Of a stretch of 64,000 nt of DNA, positions 1 through 10,459 are shown piece after piece. Position 1 is the stretch's first letter; each line of letters starts with the position of its first letter. The stretch is from NCBI GenBank assembly GCA_964451785.1, contig CAYVJG010000012.1:5620-69619 (forward strand). The letters are read 5' to 3'. The stretch is from an uncultured Flavobacteriaceae bacterium (GTDB lineage: Bacteria; Bacteroidota; Bacteroidia; Flavobacteriales; Flavobacteriaceae). The position numbers were made by a program, and so were the translations under genes. The notes under the pieces were generated by a model, which worked only from the letters and a program-made list of their open reading frames with translations, had not been told where the DNA came from and did not search any database.

Positions 1-2030
1 TGCACATAAGTCAAGTTTATAGCACCATTAATTCGGCCGCCGGCAACAGAAGGCATTCCGGCAATAGGAACTTGAGATTCGCGTTCTAGGCGCGTATAAT
101 TGTTGCCTTCAGGATTCATTTGTAATTGCACCCAAGCCGAATAGATATTATTAGTTACCTCTGTGGTTCCTACCCAGCGCAAGCCTGGTCTAACTTGATT
201 AACGTGACCAAATTCGTGAGGGATTCCCCATAAATCGAGTTGCTCTGGGTTAGCGATGTTGTTAACTCCCCAGGTGATATCAAGGTGAACACCTAATCCA
301 CCAGCATAATAACCCCCGCCGTATTCACTAAAGGCCAGCATATGATTTTTAGGGACGATGTCATGATAGTACAAGCCCATGAGGTTGTGCTCTATACGTA
401 CAATTTGGTCGTATTTTTCAATTAAAGAAATGCCGTCAAAAGGACTGCCAGCTTTTAAAGCATCACGGTTGTAAACAAGATGTGCTTTTTCACCAATGAT
501 ATCTAAACGAGGATAAGTACTGTTGGTTAAAAGTTGCACCCAATCAGCATTAGTGGAGGTGTCAAGGTCAAATACACCATTTACTTGACCAGATACAATG
601 TTGACAGATACATCAGGAGCATTGAGGTTGGTGTTGTAGTAATGGATGTAGCCTAAGCCGGTGACATTGACTTCAAAAACATTTAATCCATTTTTTAGCG
701 GATACAAGCCAGAAGGACCGCCATAGCCTTGTTCATAGTTTTTAACCGTGAGGTAAACAGGGGTGCTGGCATCAATATTCTGAGCAAATAAAACGACCTT
801 TTCACCAGATTCAAAATAAATTCCGGTCGGATTTTCATACGGATCATAGCCACTGGTTTTAAGTTCTTGGCTGAGTATGCCTCTAGGTTTGTAAACCTCA
901 TAGTTATTATAGCGATAGTTACTGTAGGTGCCGTTGTAAATGCACTGTGCTAAATTTTTGTAAAATGAGGAAGCGATAGCATCGATTTGCGTTTGTGTAA
1001 CGCCGGGTAGGAGTTCAGTGTAGAGTGCGTCAGTAAAAATCCCTTCAGGGGCAGTGGCTACAGCATTAGTGTTGTAGCTAAAAAACTCCATTTCAGCACA
1101 GCTAGCAAATCCATTAGCGCCATCTTGAACGATAATTTGGATGTTTAATGGCGTAATGGTATTAGGAAATTCAATAAACTTAGGTTGTTTTTCCTGTTCG
1201 AAATCAAAACTTGTTAAGGTGACAAAACTACTGTTTGTAGAGGTGTTGTATTTGACAATAACGTTGCCAAAAGCGCCATTAATATTATAGTCTGTACGCG
1301 GAGTATATTTAAGATAATCTACAGGCGTATTGCCATCAAAGTGATAATTGAGGGTTACCGGCATTTGAGTATTGCCATATGACGAGTGGTAAAGGGTACT
1401 TAAATCCCCATCAAATGAGCCCGAAATATCTTCACCTGCTTGAAAGGAAGAGGCATAAGAGCCATCAGCTATAACAGCTACTTTAGTATCAGTAGGCAAA
1501 CTGTCAGTGGCTACAGCGCAGCTTTGAAAAGGATTTTCATAAGGCTGGTCTGAATAAAAGCGCATCTCTGCACAGCTAGAGAAATCGTTATAACCGGCAT
1601 TGACCACAAAGCGAATAACAGCTACATTTTCAAGTGGTGTAGAGAGGCTGATCGTTTTGTCAGTGTGATCTGCCGCCCAGCTAATACTGTCTGAAACAGG
1701 AATAAAGGTTGTGGGGTCATCTTGTGTGGCGTACAATAAATCGATATTGGTCCACACCCCATTGAGTTGTGACTGTCGCGGGGTATAAACGATTTCGTTA
1801 ATACTTTGAACGCCGTCTACAAAGTAAAAATCTAGTTGATCGGGGATGCCGGTTTGGTACCAATTGGAGTGGTACATGGTGCTGTCGGCGTCATCAATAG
1901 CTAGAAAAACTTCATTGCCAGGTTGAGGGGATTGTTGAGAGGTAGCCGTATAGACGGGTACCAAGTGCTGTTGTGCTTGCAAGAAGACACAGCAGAGCAA
2001 AAAAAAGGCGAGTGTAATGCTTTTTTTCAT
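1..2030 (-). CDS. Secreted M60-like (enhancin-type) zinc metallopeptidase with two N-terminal F5/8 type C (discoidin)-like domains. The 3' end lies outside the window.
   Basis: The minus-strand frame is open from the ATG at 2030-2028 to the window edge. It is absent from the ORF track because there is no stop in the window. The N-terminus MKKSITLAFFLLCCVFLQAQ is a signal peptide. Domain ends SCAEMRFY and SCAEMEFF occur twice. The HEFGH zinc motif is at 218-204, followed by TTEVTNN. Confidence 0.7.
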   Translation of the reverse strand, partial: MKKSITLAFFLLCCVFLQAQQHLVPVYTATSQQSPQPGNEVFLAIDDADSTMYHSNWYQTGIPDQLDFYFVDGVQSINEIVYTPRQSQLNGVWTNIDLLYATQDDPTTFIPVSDSISWAADHTDKTISLSTPLENVAVIRFVVNAGYNDFSSCAEMRFYSDQPYENPFQSCAVATDSLPTDTKVAVIADGSYASSFQAGEDISGSFDGDLSTLYHSSYGNTQMPVTLNYHFDGNTPVDYLKYTPRTDYNINGAFGNVIVKYNTSTNSSFVTLTSFDFEQEKQPKFIEFPNTITPLNIQIIVQDGANGFASCAEMEFFSYNTNAVATAPEGIFTDALYTELLPGVTQTQIDAIASSFYKNLAQCIYNGTYSNYRYNNYEVYKPRGILSQELKTSGYDPYENPTGIYFESGEKVVLFAQNIDASTPVYLTVKNYEQGYGGPSGLYPLKNGLNVFEVNVTGLGYIHYYNTNLNAPDVSVNIVSGQVNGVFDLDTSTNADWVQLLTNSTYPRLDIIGEKAHLVYNRDALKAGSPFDGISLIEKYDQIVRIEHNLMGLYYHDIVPKNHMLAFSEYGGGYYAGGLGVHLDITWGVNNIANPEQLDLWGIPHEFGHVNQVRPGLRWVGTTEVTNNIYSAWVQLQMNPEGNNYTRLERESQVPIAGMPSVAGGRINGAINLTYV

Positions 2031-2208
2031 GGGTTAAAAATTTATTTTGGTTAATGTGACTTCAAATTTATGTAAATGTTATTAAAAAATGAAAAATAAT
2101 TAGTATTTTATTATGAATACATAATTTGAAATAAAAAAAAATGATGAAAAATTGGGAATTGTAAGCTTAGGTTAAAGTTTTAAAACTTGGTTGTAGCCTG
2201 TTGTGTAT

Positions 2209-2217
2209 GGGGGGGGG
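2209..2217. repeat. G9 homopolymer tract in an AT-rich intergenic region
   Basis: Direct read: tat-ggggggggg-agg. It lies ~180 bp upstream of the peptidase start and directly abuts repeat module R1. Confidence 0.8.
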
Positions 2218-2220
2218 AGG

Positions 2221-2341
2221 CCGTTTTGGAAAACTGATGTTGAACCCTCTTTTGGATTCGTGCGTTGTTTGTATCTAGCCCATAGCTACACTAGGTTTGC
2301 TATGGGTTAATCACATTAAACTCCTACGGAGTTTCCTCAAA
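2221..2341 (+). repeat. Repeat module R1, copy A (~120 bp, with two internal hairpins)
   Basis: Near-identical to 41479-41602. The shared core is gggttaatcacattaaactcctacggagtttcctcaaa. Hairpins are cccatagc..gctatggg and aaactcc-tac-ggagttt. Confidence 0.8.
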
Positions 2342-2467
2342 TCTACCTTAAAATGAAATCTCTTTTTAGGGAAAATATTGCATTCCGAGAGCTGTCTTAT
2401 TTTTACCCTCATAGATTACGCCTCCAGTTGATTTTTTTAAATGGAAATGGAACTCAGTGAAATCCAA

Positions 2468-2542
2468 TATTTGTAAAAAAAAAACAAACTTCTACCACGC
2501 TCTTCACGTCTCTAAAAGGGACGACCCTACCTGCTGAATAGT
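2468..2542 (+). repeat. Repeat module R2, copy A (~75 bp)
   Basis: Matches 42119-42190. The shared sequence is tatttgtaaaa..gctcttcacg.ctc.aaaag.gac.accctacctgctgaatagt. Confidence 0.75.
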
Positions 2543-2922
2543 AACCAAGTACTCTAAAAAAAATAGGACCAAAGCTCTTTTTCTACAGAAGGGAAGATTG
2601 TGATAGGGAGTAGGGCTGAGTAGTAATGGGTAATAAATAAATAAATGCTTCAATTTTTATAATGAAAGCAGCGAAAGCTAGACCTATTATTACAACTAAA
2701 TACAAATGCCTAAAGCGTAAAAAGTGAGTCGTATTTGTGTTATTTAAATTTCAGTCGTGTTAAAAAATGCAGAGAAATAGGACTGCTTTTTACAATTTTG
2801 TTATTGATATTAGTGGTGTTTATTTAGACTAAATTCTAATCATATTTGTATTTTTGCAAAACTCTTTTAAATAAAATATTTTGTACTGATAATCAGTATG
2901 AAAGAAACTATCTAAACGGTTT

Positions 2923-5313
2923 ATGCGGCAATTTTTATGGGTACTCTTAGGTGTAATGACTGGCTTTTCGGCGATAGGACAGTCTTCAAGAAGTATAAGT
3001 GGGCAAATCACCAATACAATTGATCAGCAACTAAATCACATTAAAATAGTGCTTGTTGAGGCTAATCTGACTACATACACAAACACCCAGGGGCAATTTG
3101 AGTTTGAAAGTCTTCAACCTCAACACTACACTTTATATGCCGCTTACGACGGATTTAATTACCAAGCGGTGACGGTTGATCTCACGCAGCAATCGGTTAC
3201 TGATGTGCAACTCAGTGTAGGGGTGAGTCAATATACTTTGGAGACCGTTGAATTAAGAACGCTCAAGCTTAGTGAAGCCTTAAAAAACAATGCAATAAAA
3301 GCCGATATTATAGCCCTAGACGAACATCGCAAGCGCGCTAACTCTGTTGAAGAATTAATGAATCGATCACCCGGCGTGAAAATTAGAAATATAGGAGGTC
3401 TGGGCGGATCGAGTAATATTATTGTCGGTGGATTTTCAGGAAATGCTGTAAAATTGCTCTATGACAACATTCCGATTGATTATTTAGGCTCCAATTACGG
3501 ATTGACTAAAGTGCCGACAAATGCTGTTGACCGTATCGAAATCTATAAGGGTGTTCTGCCGTCTAAAATAGGTGTAGATGCTCTGGGCGGTGCTATCAAT
3601 ATCATGCCTAATGTCAGTGATAAAACTTCAGGAACCATCTCTTATGAATTTGGATCTTTTAACACGCATATTGTCACCATTAATGGGCAAGTTAAATTAG
3701 CCGATCACCTCTTTGTAGGCACCAATAGTTTCTTTAATTACTCAGATAACGACTACAAAGTTGATGATTTACCGTTTTTAGACCAAGAAACCGGACGTAC
3801 AGATTATATAAGAGCCCGCTTGTTTCACAATGCGTTTAAGCAACGTTCTTTTGAAGGTTATGCACAGTTGCGTGATTTGTCATGGGCTGAATTGTTAGAA
3901 TTTAAAGTCAATTCTTACAGTTTGCACAAAGAAATTCAAAATGATCCCTACTCACGCGCCAGACCTTTTGGACAAGTATATCGCGAGGAAAACGGCAATT
4001 TTATACCTTCCTTAAAGTATAAAAATCATTTTCTTGACAATCGCTTAAGCGTCAATCAATTTTTGATGTACAGTCAGATAGATTACGAATTGGTCGATCC
4101 GGCTAAAAATGTGTATTACGATTGGAAAGGCCAGGCGCACACCACCAATTCGGGTTCAGAAATGGGGAATATTCTAGTGAAAGACGGTTATATGCACAAT
4201 ACCTCAACACAATTTACATCGCGTACTTACCTCAATTACTTGTTGGCTGATAATTGGCAAGTTGAAAGTAATACGGTGTATAGTCATTATAATAACAAAT
4301 CTAATAATGATGCTTTAAATCCTGACGGTACGAGCTATAATAAACTGGTGACTAATTTAGCCTTAAATAGCAAACTCTTGGATAGGCGTTTAGAAAGTAA
4401 TACGCAACTAAAATATTATTACGGCCACTTGTCCGGTTATTATGAAACTTCAGATAATCCTTTAATTGATGCTAAAGCGTATAAAGCCATAACCAATACA
4501 GGGGTTAGTTTTTCACAGGCCTTAAAATACAATTTCAACCGCCAAAATTATGTGCGCTTGTCTTATGAAAACACATATCGCTTGCCCAGTCAACGCGAAC
4601 TCTTTGGCGATAATAGTTTTGTGGTGGCTAATTATAAATTGGTCCCTGAAGAAAGTCGCAATTACAATTTGGGATTCACTCATGCTGATGAGCAATTGCG
4701 TTTTGAAGTCAATGCTTATTATCGCGATATTAAAAATTTGATTCGCCTTAAAAACCTCAATCAATACCAGGCTAAATACCTCAACTTAGATAAAGTGAAT
4801 GGGCTGGGGGTGGAGCTTTCAGTAACCTATACCCCAATTGAGCATTTGACCCTATCTGGTAATTTGACTTGGAACGATTTTCGCCTGGAGTCATCCCGTG
4901 ATAAAAGTATAGATAATCAGGTGTATAAAAATGCACGTATAGCCAATATGCCTTTTTATTATGGCAATGTTGAGGCCGTTTATAATTTTAGAGAGCTGCT
5001 GAATTTGAGTAATGATTTATCCTTGTTTTGGAATTACAGCTACGTGCATCAATATTACCTCGATTTTATTGAAAAACAATTTGAACCCGATGGATTTTTA
5101 GGACTTTGGGGAACCTCAAAAATCAACACCAGTCGTATAATTCCTGAGCAACACGTACACAATATCGGACTAGTTTATGTACGCAATATTCAGGGACATC
5201 GCGTTTCGTTTGGTGCCGAACTCAAAAATGCCTTTAACGCTGCGGTTTACAACGCATTTAAAATGCAAAGCCCGGGACGACACTTTAGTTTGAAAATCAC
5301 TTATAGTCTATAA
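2923..5313 (+). CDS. TonB-dependent outer-membrane receptor (CarboxypepD_reg-like N-domain, plug, beta-barrel)
   Basis: 796 aa with a signal peptide and an Ig-like N-domain (GQITN..GQFEFESL). The plug region is RSPGVKIRN..GGFSG, and the protein ends in an aromatic-rich C-terminal strand (LKITYSL). Confidence 0.85.
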   Translation: MRQFLWVLLGVMTGFSAIGQSSRSISGQITNTIDQQLNHIKIVLVEANLTTYTNTQGQFEFESLQPQHYTLYAAYDGFNYQAVTVDLTQQSVTDVQLSVGVSQYTLETVELRTLKLSEALKNNAIKADIIALDEHRKRANSVEELMNRSPGVKIRNIGGLGGSSNIIVGGFSGNAVKLLYDNIPIDYLGSNYGLTKVPTNAVDRIEIYKGVLPSKIGVDALGGAINIMPNVSDKTSGTISYEFGSFNTHIVTINGQVKLADHLFVGTNSFFNYSDNDYKVDDLPFLDQETGRTDYIRARLFHNAFKQRSFEGYAQLRDLSWAELLEFKVNSYSLHKEIQNDPYSRARPFGQVYREENGNFIPSLKYKNHFLDNRLSVNQFLMYSQIDYELVDPAKNVYYDWKGQAHTTNSGSEMGNILVKDGYMHNTSTQFTSRTYLNYLLADNWQVESNTVYSHYNNKSNNDALNPDGTSYNKLVTNLALNSKLLDRRLESNTQLKYYYGHLSGYYETSDNPLIDAKAYKAITNTGVSFSQALKYNFNRQNYVRLSYENTYRLPSQRELFGDNSFVVANYKLVPEESRNYNLGFTHADEQLRFEVNAYYRDIKNLIRLKNLNQYQAKYLNLDKVNGLGVELSVTYTPIEHLTLSGNLTWNDFRLESSRDKSIDNQVYKNARIANMPFYYGNVEAVYNFRELLNLSNDLSLFWNYSYVHQYYLDFIEKQFEPDGFLGLWGTSKINTSRIIPEQHVHNIGLVYVRNIQGHRVSFGAELKNAFNAAVYNAFKMQSPGRHFSLKITYSL

Positions 5314-5316
5314 ACC

Positions 5317-6648
5317 ATGTATAATCGATTTCTTCTCTTTTTGACTATTATAACTGCTGTTTTAAGCACTGTGAGTTGTACTGTTGAAAATGTAGATACC
5401 AACATTATTCCTAAAACAGATTATTCACATTACAATTATGTGATGGCTACTGAAGACGCCTCAAATTCAGATATTACACGTTTCTTTACCTTTGATTTAT
5501 CTGCAATAGATCCGACTGTTTCTTATGATTTGATTGCGCAGAATCAACAGTTTGTAAATTCAGATCCTTCAACCTCATCGGGTTATCGTTCATTTGATAA
5601 TTACATCTTTAGTATGGCTAAAGATAAAAAGGGATTTTCCTCAACCCCCGGCTTATTTCGATTGACCTTAAATACGGATAACCGTATGTTTATCGATCGC
5701 GAGATTTTTATTGGTAAAGAAAATTTATTTCCGCCGCGCAAGCTGTGTATCGTCAATGACCATATCGGATTTTTCTACAATGAATCTGCCGGAGGCCAAG
5801 TGATACAAATGTTTGACCCCTCCACGATGATGACCTTAGATCAAATCGACCTCAAACCTTATATCAAAGCCTTTAAACCTGATGCTAAATTTGAAGATGA
5901 ATCAGGAAACAACTTGATACGTACCGGAACTTTAGTACTCGATTATCAAGCAGATAAACTCTATGTGAGTGTTGCTTTTTTAGAACAAGCTAGTTTTAAT
6001 TTAATCAGTGAAGATGAAACTAATTTTTACCTAGCGGTAATCGATATTCCGAGTTTTAGCTTTGATAAAATTATCAGTTATCCACATGCTAAAACAGTTG
6101 GTTTTTTTGTGTCAGAAAACAATCCGACTACACGTGATGAAGCCGGAAATCTCTATTTTTGTTCGTGGGGATGGAACCAATTTTACAGTCAAGATCCTTC
6201 AAAAATATTTCGAATCAAAGCCGGAGAAAACGACTTTGATGACCAATGGATGATTGATATCGAAAGCTTATTTGGCGAAGATCATATTGCGCAATCTATT
6301 CAAGCTTATAATGGTAAAATTTACTTGCATATTTCACAAGCGCCTTATTTGTTTTCTTCAAGTGAACAGATAGAAAACAATAATGAAATGGTCATGGGTT
6401 ACTATGAATTTGATCCCGCACATCCCGGTCAATTTCACAAATTGGCAATTCCTGAATCCAATCCTTCATCGCGTATGAGTGTGTTTAGTATTGTGGATAA
6501 TAAATTGTTTATCGCTGTTCCGAATGAAAACCCTGATAAATTTAATGGATTCTATTCTTTAAATCGACAAGGTGAATTGAAAAAAGAAATTACAATAGCT
6601 AATAAATATCGCCCAACACGTTTGTATAAATTGAAAATCAGTGAATAA
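5317..6648 (+). CDS. Surface lipoprotein partnered with the TonB-dependent receptor (possibly DUF4374/XusB-like)
   Basis: 443 aa with lipoprotein leader LSTVSC. It starts 4 nt after the receptor stop. The family assignment is from memory of synteny and size only. Confidence 0.5.
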   Translation: MYNRFLLFLTIITAVLSTVSCTVENVDTNIIPKTDYSHYNYVMATEDASNSDITRFFTFDLSAIDPTVSYDLIAQNQQFVNSDPSTSSGYRSFDNYIFSMAKDKKGFSSTPGLFRLTLNTDNRMFIDREIFIGKENLFPPRKLCIVNDHIGFFYNESAGGQVIQMFDPSTMMTLDQIDLKPYIKAFKPDAKFEDESGNNLIRTGTLVLDYQADKLYVSVAFLEQASFNLISEDETNFYLAVIDIPSFSFDKIISYPHAKTVGFFVSENNPTTRDEAGNLYFCSWGWNQFYSQDPSKIFRIKAGENDFDDQWMIDIESLFGEDHIAQSIQAYNGKIYLHISQAPYLFSSSEQIENNNEMVMGYYEFDPAHPGQFHKLAIPESNPSSRMSVFSIVDNKLFIAVPNENPDKFNGFYSLNRQGELKKEITIANKYRPTRLYKLKISE

Positions 6649-6892
6649 TTTAGTTGAATAAACTTGCTATCGCGTACTGATATTAGAAAATAATCAATGT
6701 TTTTGTGACTTATGCAGTGTAAAGTCACTATAAAACAGGGTTTTGTTAATAAACATGTGAAAAATAAATTATAATATTTTGCGGTAAAAATTAGACCATA
6801 ATTGAGTAAATAATTATTTTCGCACTTATTATTAATTTAAAACGGCTCGAATTAAAGAGCTCATTTCTAACCCAAACCTATAACACAACACT

Positions 6893-9076
6893 ATGCCTAC
6901 CCTCAGATTTCAGGCTTTACACGATGCTTCAACGCATAAGCCAATTGATGTAAAAACACCCGTACGCCATTCCGAATTATTTGCGACTAATGTTTTTAAT
7001 CAGCAGGCAAGACGTCAATATTTGACAAAAGAATCTTACAAAAGCGTGGAACGCGCTATTAAAGAAGATGCTAAAATTGATCGCAATTTAGCCGATCAAA
7101 TTTCAACTGGAATGAAAGAATGGGCCATCTCAAAAGGAGCCACCCATTACACACACTGGTTTCAGCCTTTAAATGGTACATCGGCAGAAAAACACGATGC
7201 TTTTTTTGAAAGCGAAATGGACGGCACTGCTCTTGAAAAATTTGGAGGAGGCGCATTAGTACAGCAAGAACCTGATGCTTCAAGTTTTCCGAATGGAGGG
7301 ATTAGAAATACTTTTGAAGCACGTGGTTATACCGCTTGGGACCCAACTTCACCTGCCTTTGTATACGGCACCACCCTTTGCATTCCTACAATATTTGTAG
7401 CCTACACCGGTGAGGCATTAGATTATAAAACCCCGCTTTTACGCTCACTACAAGTCTTAGATAAACAAGCTACAGATGTGGTTAATTATTTTAATGACGA
7501 TGTTAAACGTGTTTCGGCTACCCTAGGCTGGGAACAAGAATATTTCTTGATTGATTCTGCTTTAGCAAACTCACGCCCAGATCTTATCATGACTGGCCGC
7601 ACTTTGTTTGGACACGCACCAGCTAAAGGTCAACAATTAGACGATCATTATTTTGGTTCAATCCCAGAACGCGTTTTGCGTTTTATGCGTGAAATGGAAC
7701 TCGAAGCCCTCAAGCTAGGTATTCCGGTTAAAACGCGCCACAACGAAGTTGCCCCTAATCAATTTGAATTAGCGCCTATTTTTGAAGAAGCTAACCTGGC
7801 TGTTGACCACAACTTATTGTTGATGGACATCATGGGTAAGATTGCTGAAAAACACAATTTTAAAATCCTATTTCACGAAAAGCCATTTGACCATGTTAAT
7901 GGTAGCGGTAAGCACAACAACTGGTCACTGTCAACAGATACAGGTATTAACTTGTTGAGCCCTGGCTCTACACCTCATAAAAACTTGTTGTTTTTGACCT
8001 TTTTTATCAACACTATTAAAGCCGTTTGTGAGCACGAAGAGCTTGTAAGAGCTTGCTTTGCTACGGCATCAAACGATTGTAGATTAGGTTCAAGTGAAGC
8101 GCCGCCTGCCATTGTTTCTGTGTTTGTTGGTTCACAGTTGACTGAGGTTTTAGATGAACTTGAAAAAATTACTGAAGGCAACCTCTCTGCTAAAGAAGAA
8201 ACAGAGTACAAATTAAATGTGGTCAGTAAAATTCCTGAAATTTTACAAGACAACACTGACCGTAACCGTACCTCTACTTTCGCCTTTACCGGAAATAAAT
8301 TTGAATTGCGCGCCGTTGGCTCATCTGCCAACTGTGCCAATGCAATGACCATTGTTAACTCTATCGTAGCTGAACAACTCAAATCGTTTAAAGAAGAAGT
8401 TGATGGCTTAATTAAAGATGGTGTTGATAAAGATGAAGCCATCTTTACCGTATTGAGAGAAGCGATTAAACTCTCTAAAAAAATACGTTTTGAAGGCGAT
8501 GGCTATAGCCAAGAATGGGTTGATGAAGCTGCAAAACGCGGGTTGAGTAATAATATGACTACCCCACAAGCCTTAAAAGTAAAAAGTGCGCCACGTACAG
8601 TTAAACTTTTTGAGGAATTGGCAATTATGAATCGCACTGAAATAGATGCCCGTCACGAAATTGAATTGGAAGAATACGTTAAGCACATCCAAATTGAAGC
8701 ACGTGTGATGGGTGATTTAGCGCGTAATCACATTATTCCTACAGCTATTCAATACCAAAATGTACTCATTAAAAATGTCAAAGGTTTAAAAGAAATTTTT
8801 GGCGAAAACTATACCAAATACGCTAAGGAACAATTGTATATCCTAGAAAAAGTATCATTACATATTGAAGAAATTAATGCCTCAATTACAAAAATGATTG
8901 ATACGCGTAAGGTGGCTAACAAAATTGAAAATATGGAAGAGCGTGCATTTATGTATTGTGATGAGATTAAGCCATTTTTTAAGACAATCCGTTACCACTG
9001 TGATAAATTAGAAATTTTGATTGATGATCAATTGTGGCCATTGACAAAATATCGCGAAATGTTGTTTACTAAATAA
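6893..9076 (+). CDS. glnN: Glutamine synthetase type III
   Basis: 727 aa with motifs THYTHWFQPL, QQEPDASSFPNGGIRNTFEARGYTAWD and NEVAPNQFELAP, typical of Bacteroidota GSIII. Confidence 0.95.
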   Translation: MPTLRFQALHDASTHKPIDVKTPVRHSELFATNVFNQQARRQYLTKESYKSVERAIKEDAKIDRNLADQISTGMKEWAISKGATHYTHWFQPLNGTSAEKHDAFFESEMDGTALEKFGGGALVQQEPDASSFPNGGIRNTFEARGYTAWDPTSPAFVYGTTLCIPTIFVAYTGEALDYKTPLLRSLQVLDKQATDVVNYFNDDVKRVSATLGWEQEYFLIDSALANSRPDLIMTGRTLFGHAPAKGQQLDDHYFGSIPERVLRFMREMELEALKLGIPVKTRHNEVAPNQFELAPIFEEANLAVDHNLLLMDIMGKIAEKHNFKILFHEKPFDHVNGSGKHNNWSLSTDTGINLLSPGSTPHKNLLFLTFFINTIKAVCEHEELVRACFATASNDCRLGSSEAPPAIVSVFVGSQLTEVLDELEKITEGNLSAKEETEYKLNVVSKIPEILQDNTDRNRTSTFAFTGNKFELRAVGSSANCANAMTIVNSIVAEQLKSFKEEVDGLIKDGVDKDEAIFTVLREAIKLSKKIRFEGDGYSQEWVDEAAKRGLSNNMTTPQALKVKSAPRTVKLFEELAIMNRTEIDARHEIELEEYVKHIQIEARVMGDLARNHIIPTAIQYQNVLIKNVKGLKEIFGENYTKYAKEQLYILEKVSLHIEEINASITKMIDTRKVANKIENMEERAFMYCDEIKPFFKTIRYHCDKLEILIDDQLWPLTKYREMLFTK

Positions 9077-9085
9077 TTTTAAAAC

Positions 9086-9913
9086 ATGACCTTAGACAAG
9101 CTGATTAGCGAGATAAAACGCAAGCAATCTTTTTTGTGTGTAGGCTTAGATGTCGACCTTGAAAAAATCCCTGCGTTTTTAAAATCAGAAGACGACCCCA
9201 TATTTGCTTTTAATAAGGCTATTATTGATCAAACTCATGACCTAGCCGTAGCCTATAAACCGAATATCGCTTTTTATGAAGCTTATGGTTTAAAAGGATG
9301 GGCCGCACTTCAAAAAACGATTGATTACCTCAATGCTAATCATCCTGAAATTTTGATTATAGCTGATGCAAAACGCGGTGATATTGGCAATACTGCCACC
9401 CGTTATGCAAAGGCATTTTTTGAAGAAATGCAGTGTGATGCCTTGACCATTGCACCTTATATGGGACGAGATTCAGTGGAGCCTTTCTTAGCGTTTGACA
9501 ATAAATTTGCCATTATGTTAGGATTAACTTCTAATCCGGGATCGGCAGATTATCAATTACAAAAAGTAGGCGATAAGTATTTGTTTGAAACGGTTTTAGA
9601 AAAAGCACTGACTTGGAAAAATAGTCAAAATTTGATATTTGTTGTGGGGGCTACCAAGCCTGAATATTTTCAAGCCATTCGCAAAATTGCCCCAGAACAT
9701 TTCTTGTTAGTTCCTGGAGTTGGCGCTCAAGGAGGTGATTTGCACAGTGTTTGTAAGCACGGTTTTGCTTCAAATTGTGGCTTGTTGGTCAATTCAACTC
9801 GCGGAATTATTTATGCTAGTCAAGCACAAGATTTTGCTGAGGCTGCTCGTGAAAAAGCTAAAGCCTTACAAGTGGATATGGCTCAAATTCTAAAAGAACG
9901 CGCTTTTATTTAA
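9086..9913 (+). CDS. pyrF: Orotidine 5'-phosphate decarboxylase (type 2)
   Basis: 275 aa with FLCVGLDV, DAKRGDIGNT and PGVGAQGG motifs. Confidence 0.92.
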   Translation: MTLDKLISEIKRKQSFLCVGLDVDLEKIPAFLKSEDDPIFAFNKAIIDQTHDLAVAYKPNIAFYEAYGLKGWAALQKTIDYLNANHPEILIIADAKRGDIGNTATRYAKAFFEEMQCDALTIAPYMGRDSVEPFLAFDNKFAIMLGLTSNPGSADYQLQKVGDKYLFETVLEKALTWKNSQNLIFVVGATKPEYFQAIRKIAPEHFLLVPGVGAQGGDLHSVCKHGFASNCGLLVNSTRGIIYASQAQDFAEAAREKAKALQVDMAQILKERAFI

Positions 9914-9937
9914 AGCCTAGGTTTCTTAAATACGAGA

Positions 9938-9981
9938 GCGGGTGATAAATTGATTTTTTTCAATTTATCACCCGCTTTTTT
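9938..9981 (+). terminator. Rho-independent terminator after pyrF
   Basis: Hairpin gcgggtgataaattg..caatttatcacccgc followed by tttttt. Confidence 0.8.
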
Positions 9982-10459
9982 GTGGTTATTAAATCAAAGA
10001 TAAGCATTGTGCGTTTTACACACTTTTTAGGAACAGTATCCAGTATCACTATTTACCTAAAATTATAGCACTAAAGTCTTTCTATTTAACTAAAAACCTA
10101 GTTTTATTAATACAGGAGTAAAGGTTTGGAAAACAAACACTTCTTACCGAAATGGCTTAAGTTAAAGTTAATGAAATAATAAAAAATACAATTAAGAAGT
10201 AAAAAGATATTCCTATCTACTAACTAGTGTAATAATAGTTATATCTAATATATTTATATAATATAGTAGAAAAATAATCACATATTATTTAAAATACAAA
10301 CATAAAAAACTTGAAAAGTTAAATGTTGAAATTAATATGGTTAAATTTTAATTAATATTTAGTAAGCGTTAGAAAATTGATAATTTAGGGCATTTGTAAT
10401 TCAAAGGTTGTTATAATTTATAATAACCTGGTAAAATGTTTAACTTATAATCAATATTC

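Noticed and set aside
2500-2525. Small hairpin cgtc..gacg inside R2 as evidence of an RNA structure
   Set aside because: The second copy (42150-42175) has substitutions that break the pairs instead of compensating for them, so there is no covariation support.
2546-2922. Possible riboswitch (cobalamin or TPP) or G-quadruplex upstream of the TonB-dependent receptor (gaagggaag..gggag.agggctgag..ggg)
   Set aside because: It lacks the B12 box and the ggtgaaa.cc element of cobalamin riboswitches. It also lacks the acc..gaacctgatc part of TPP riboswitches. The GGG tracts are separated by loops that are too long (12-14 nt) for a convincing quadruplex.
4522-4764. Overlapping 80 aa and 63 aa ORFs inside the TonB-dependent receptor gene. 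Similar short internal ORFs occur in lacZ, GH92 and the DUF2723 gene.
   Set aside because: They are all embedded in or antisense to long, well-supported genes, and no independent signal supports them.
7975-8442. 155 aa minus-strand ORF inside glnN
   Set aside because: It is antisense to a confidently identified gene. It is Ser/Leu/Thr-rich with no start context, so it is a typical shadow ORF.
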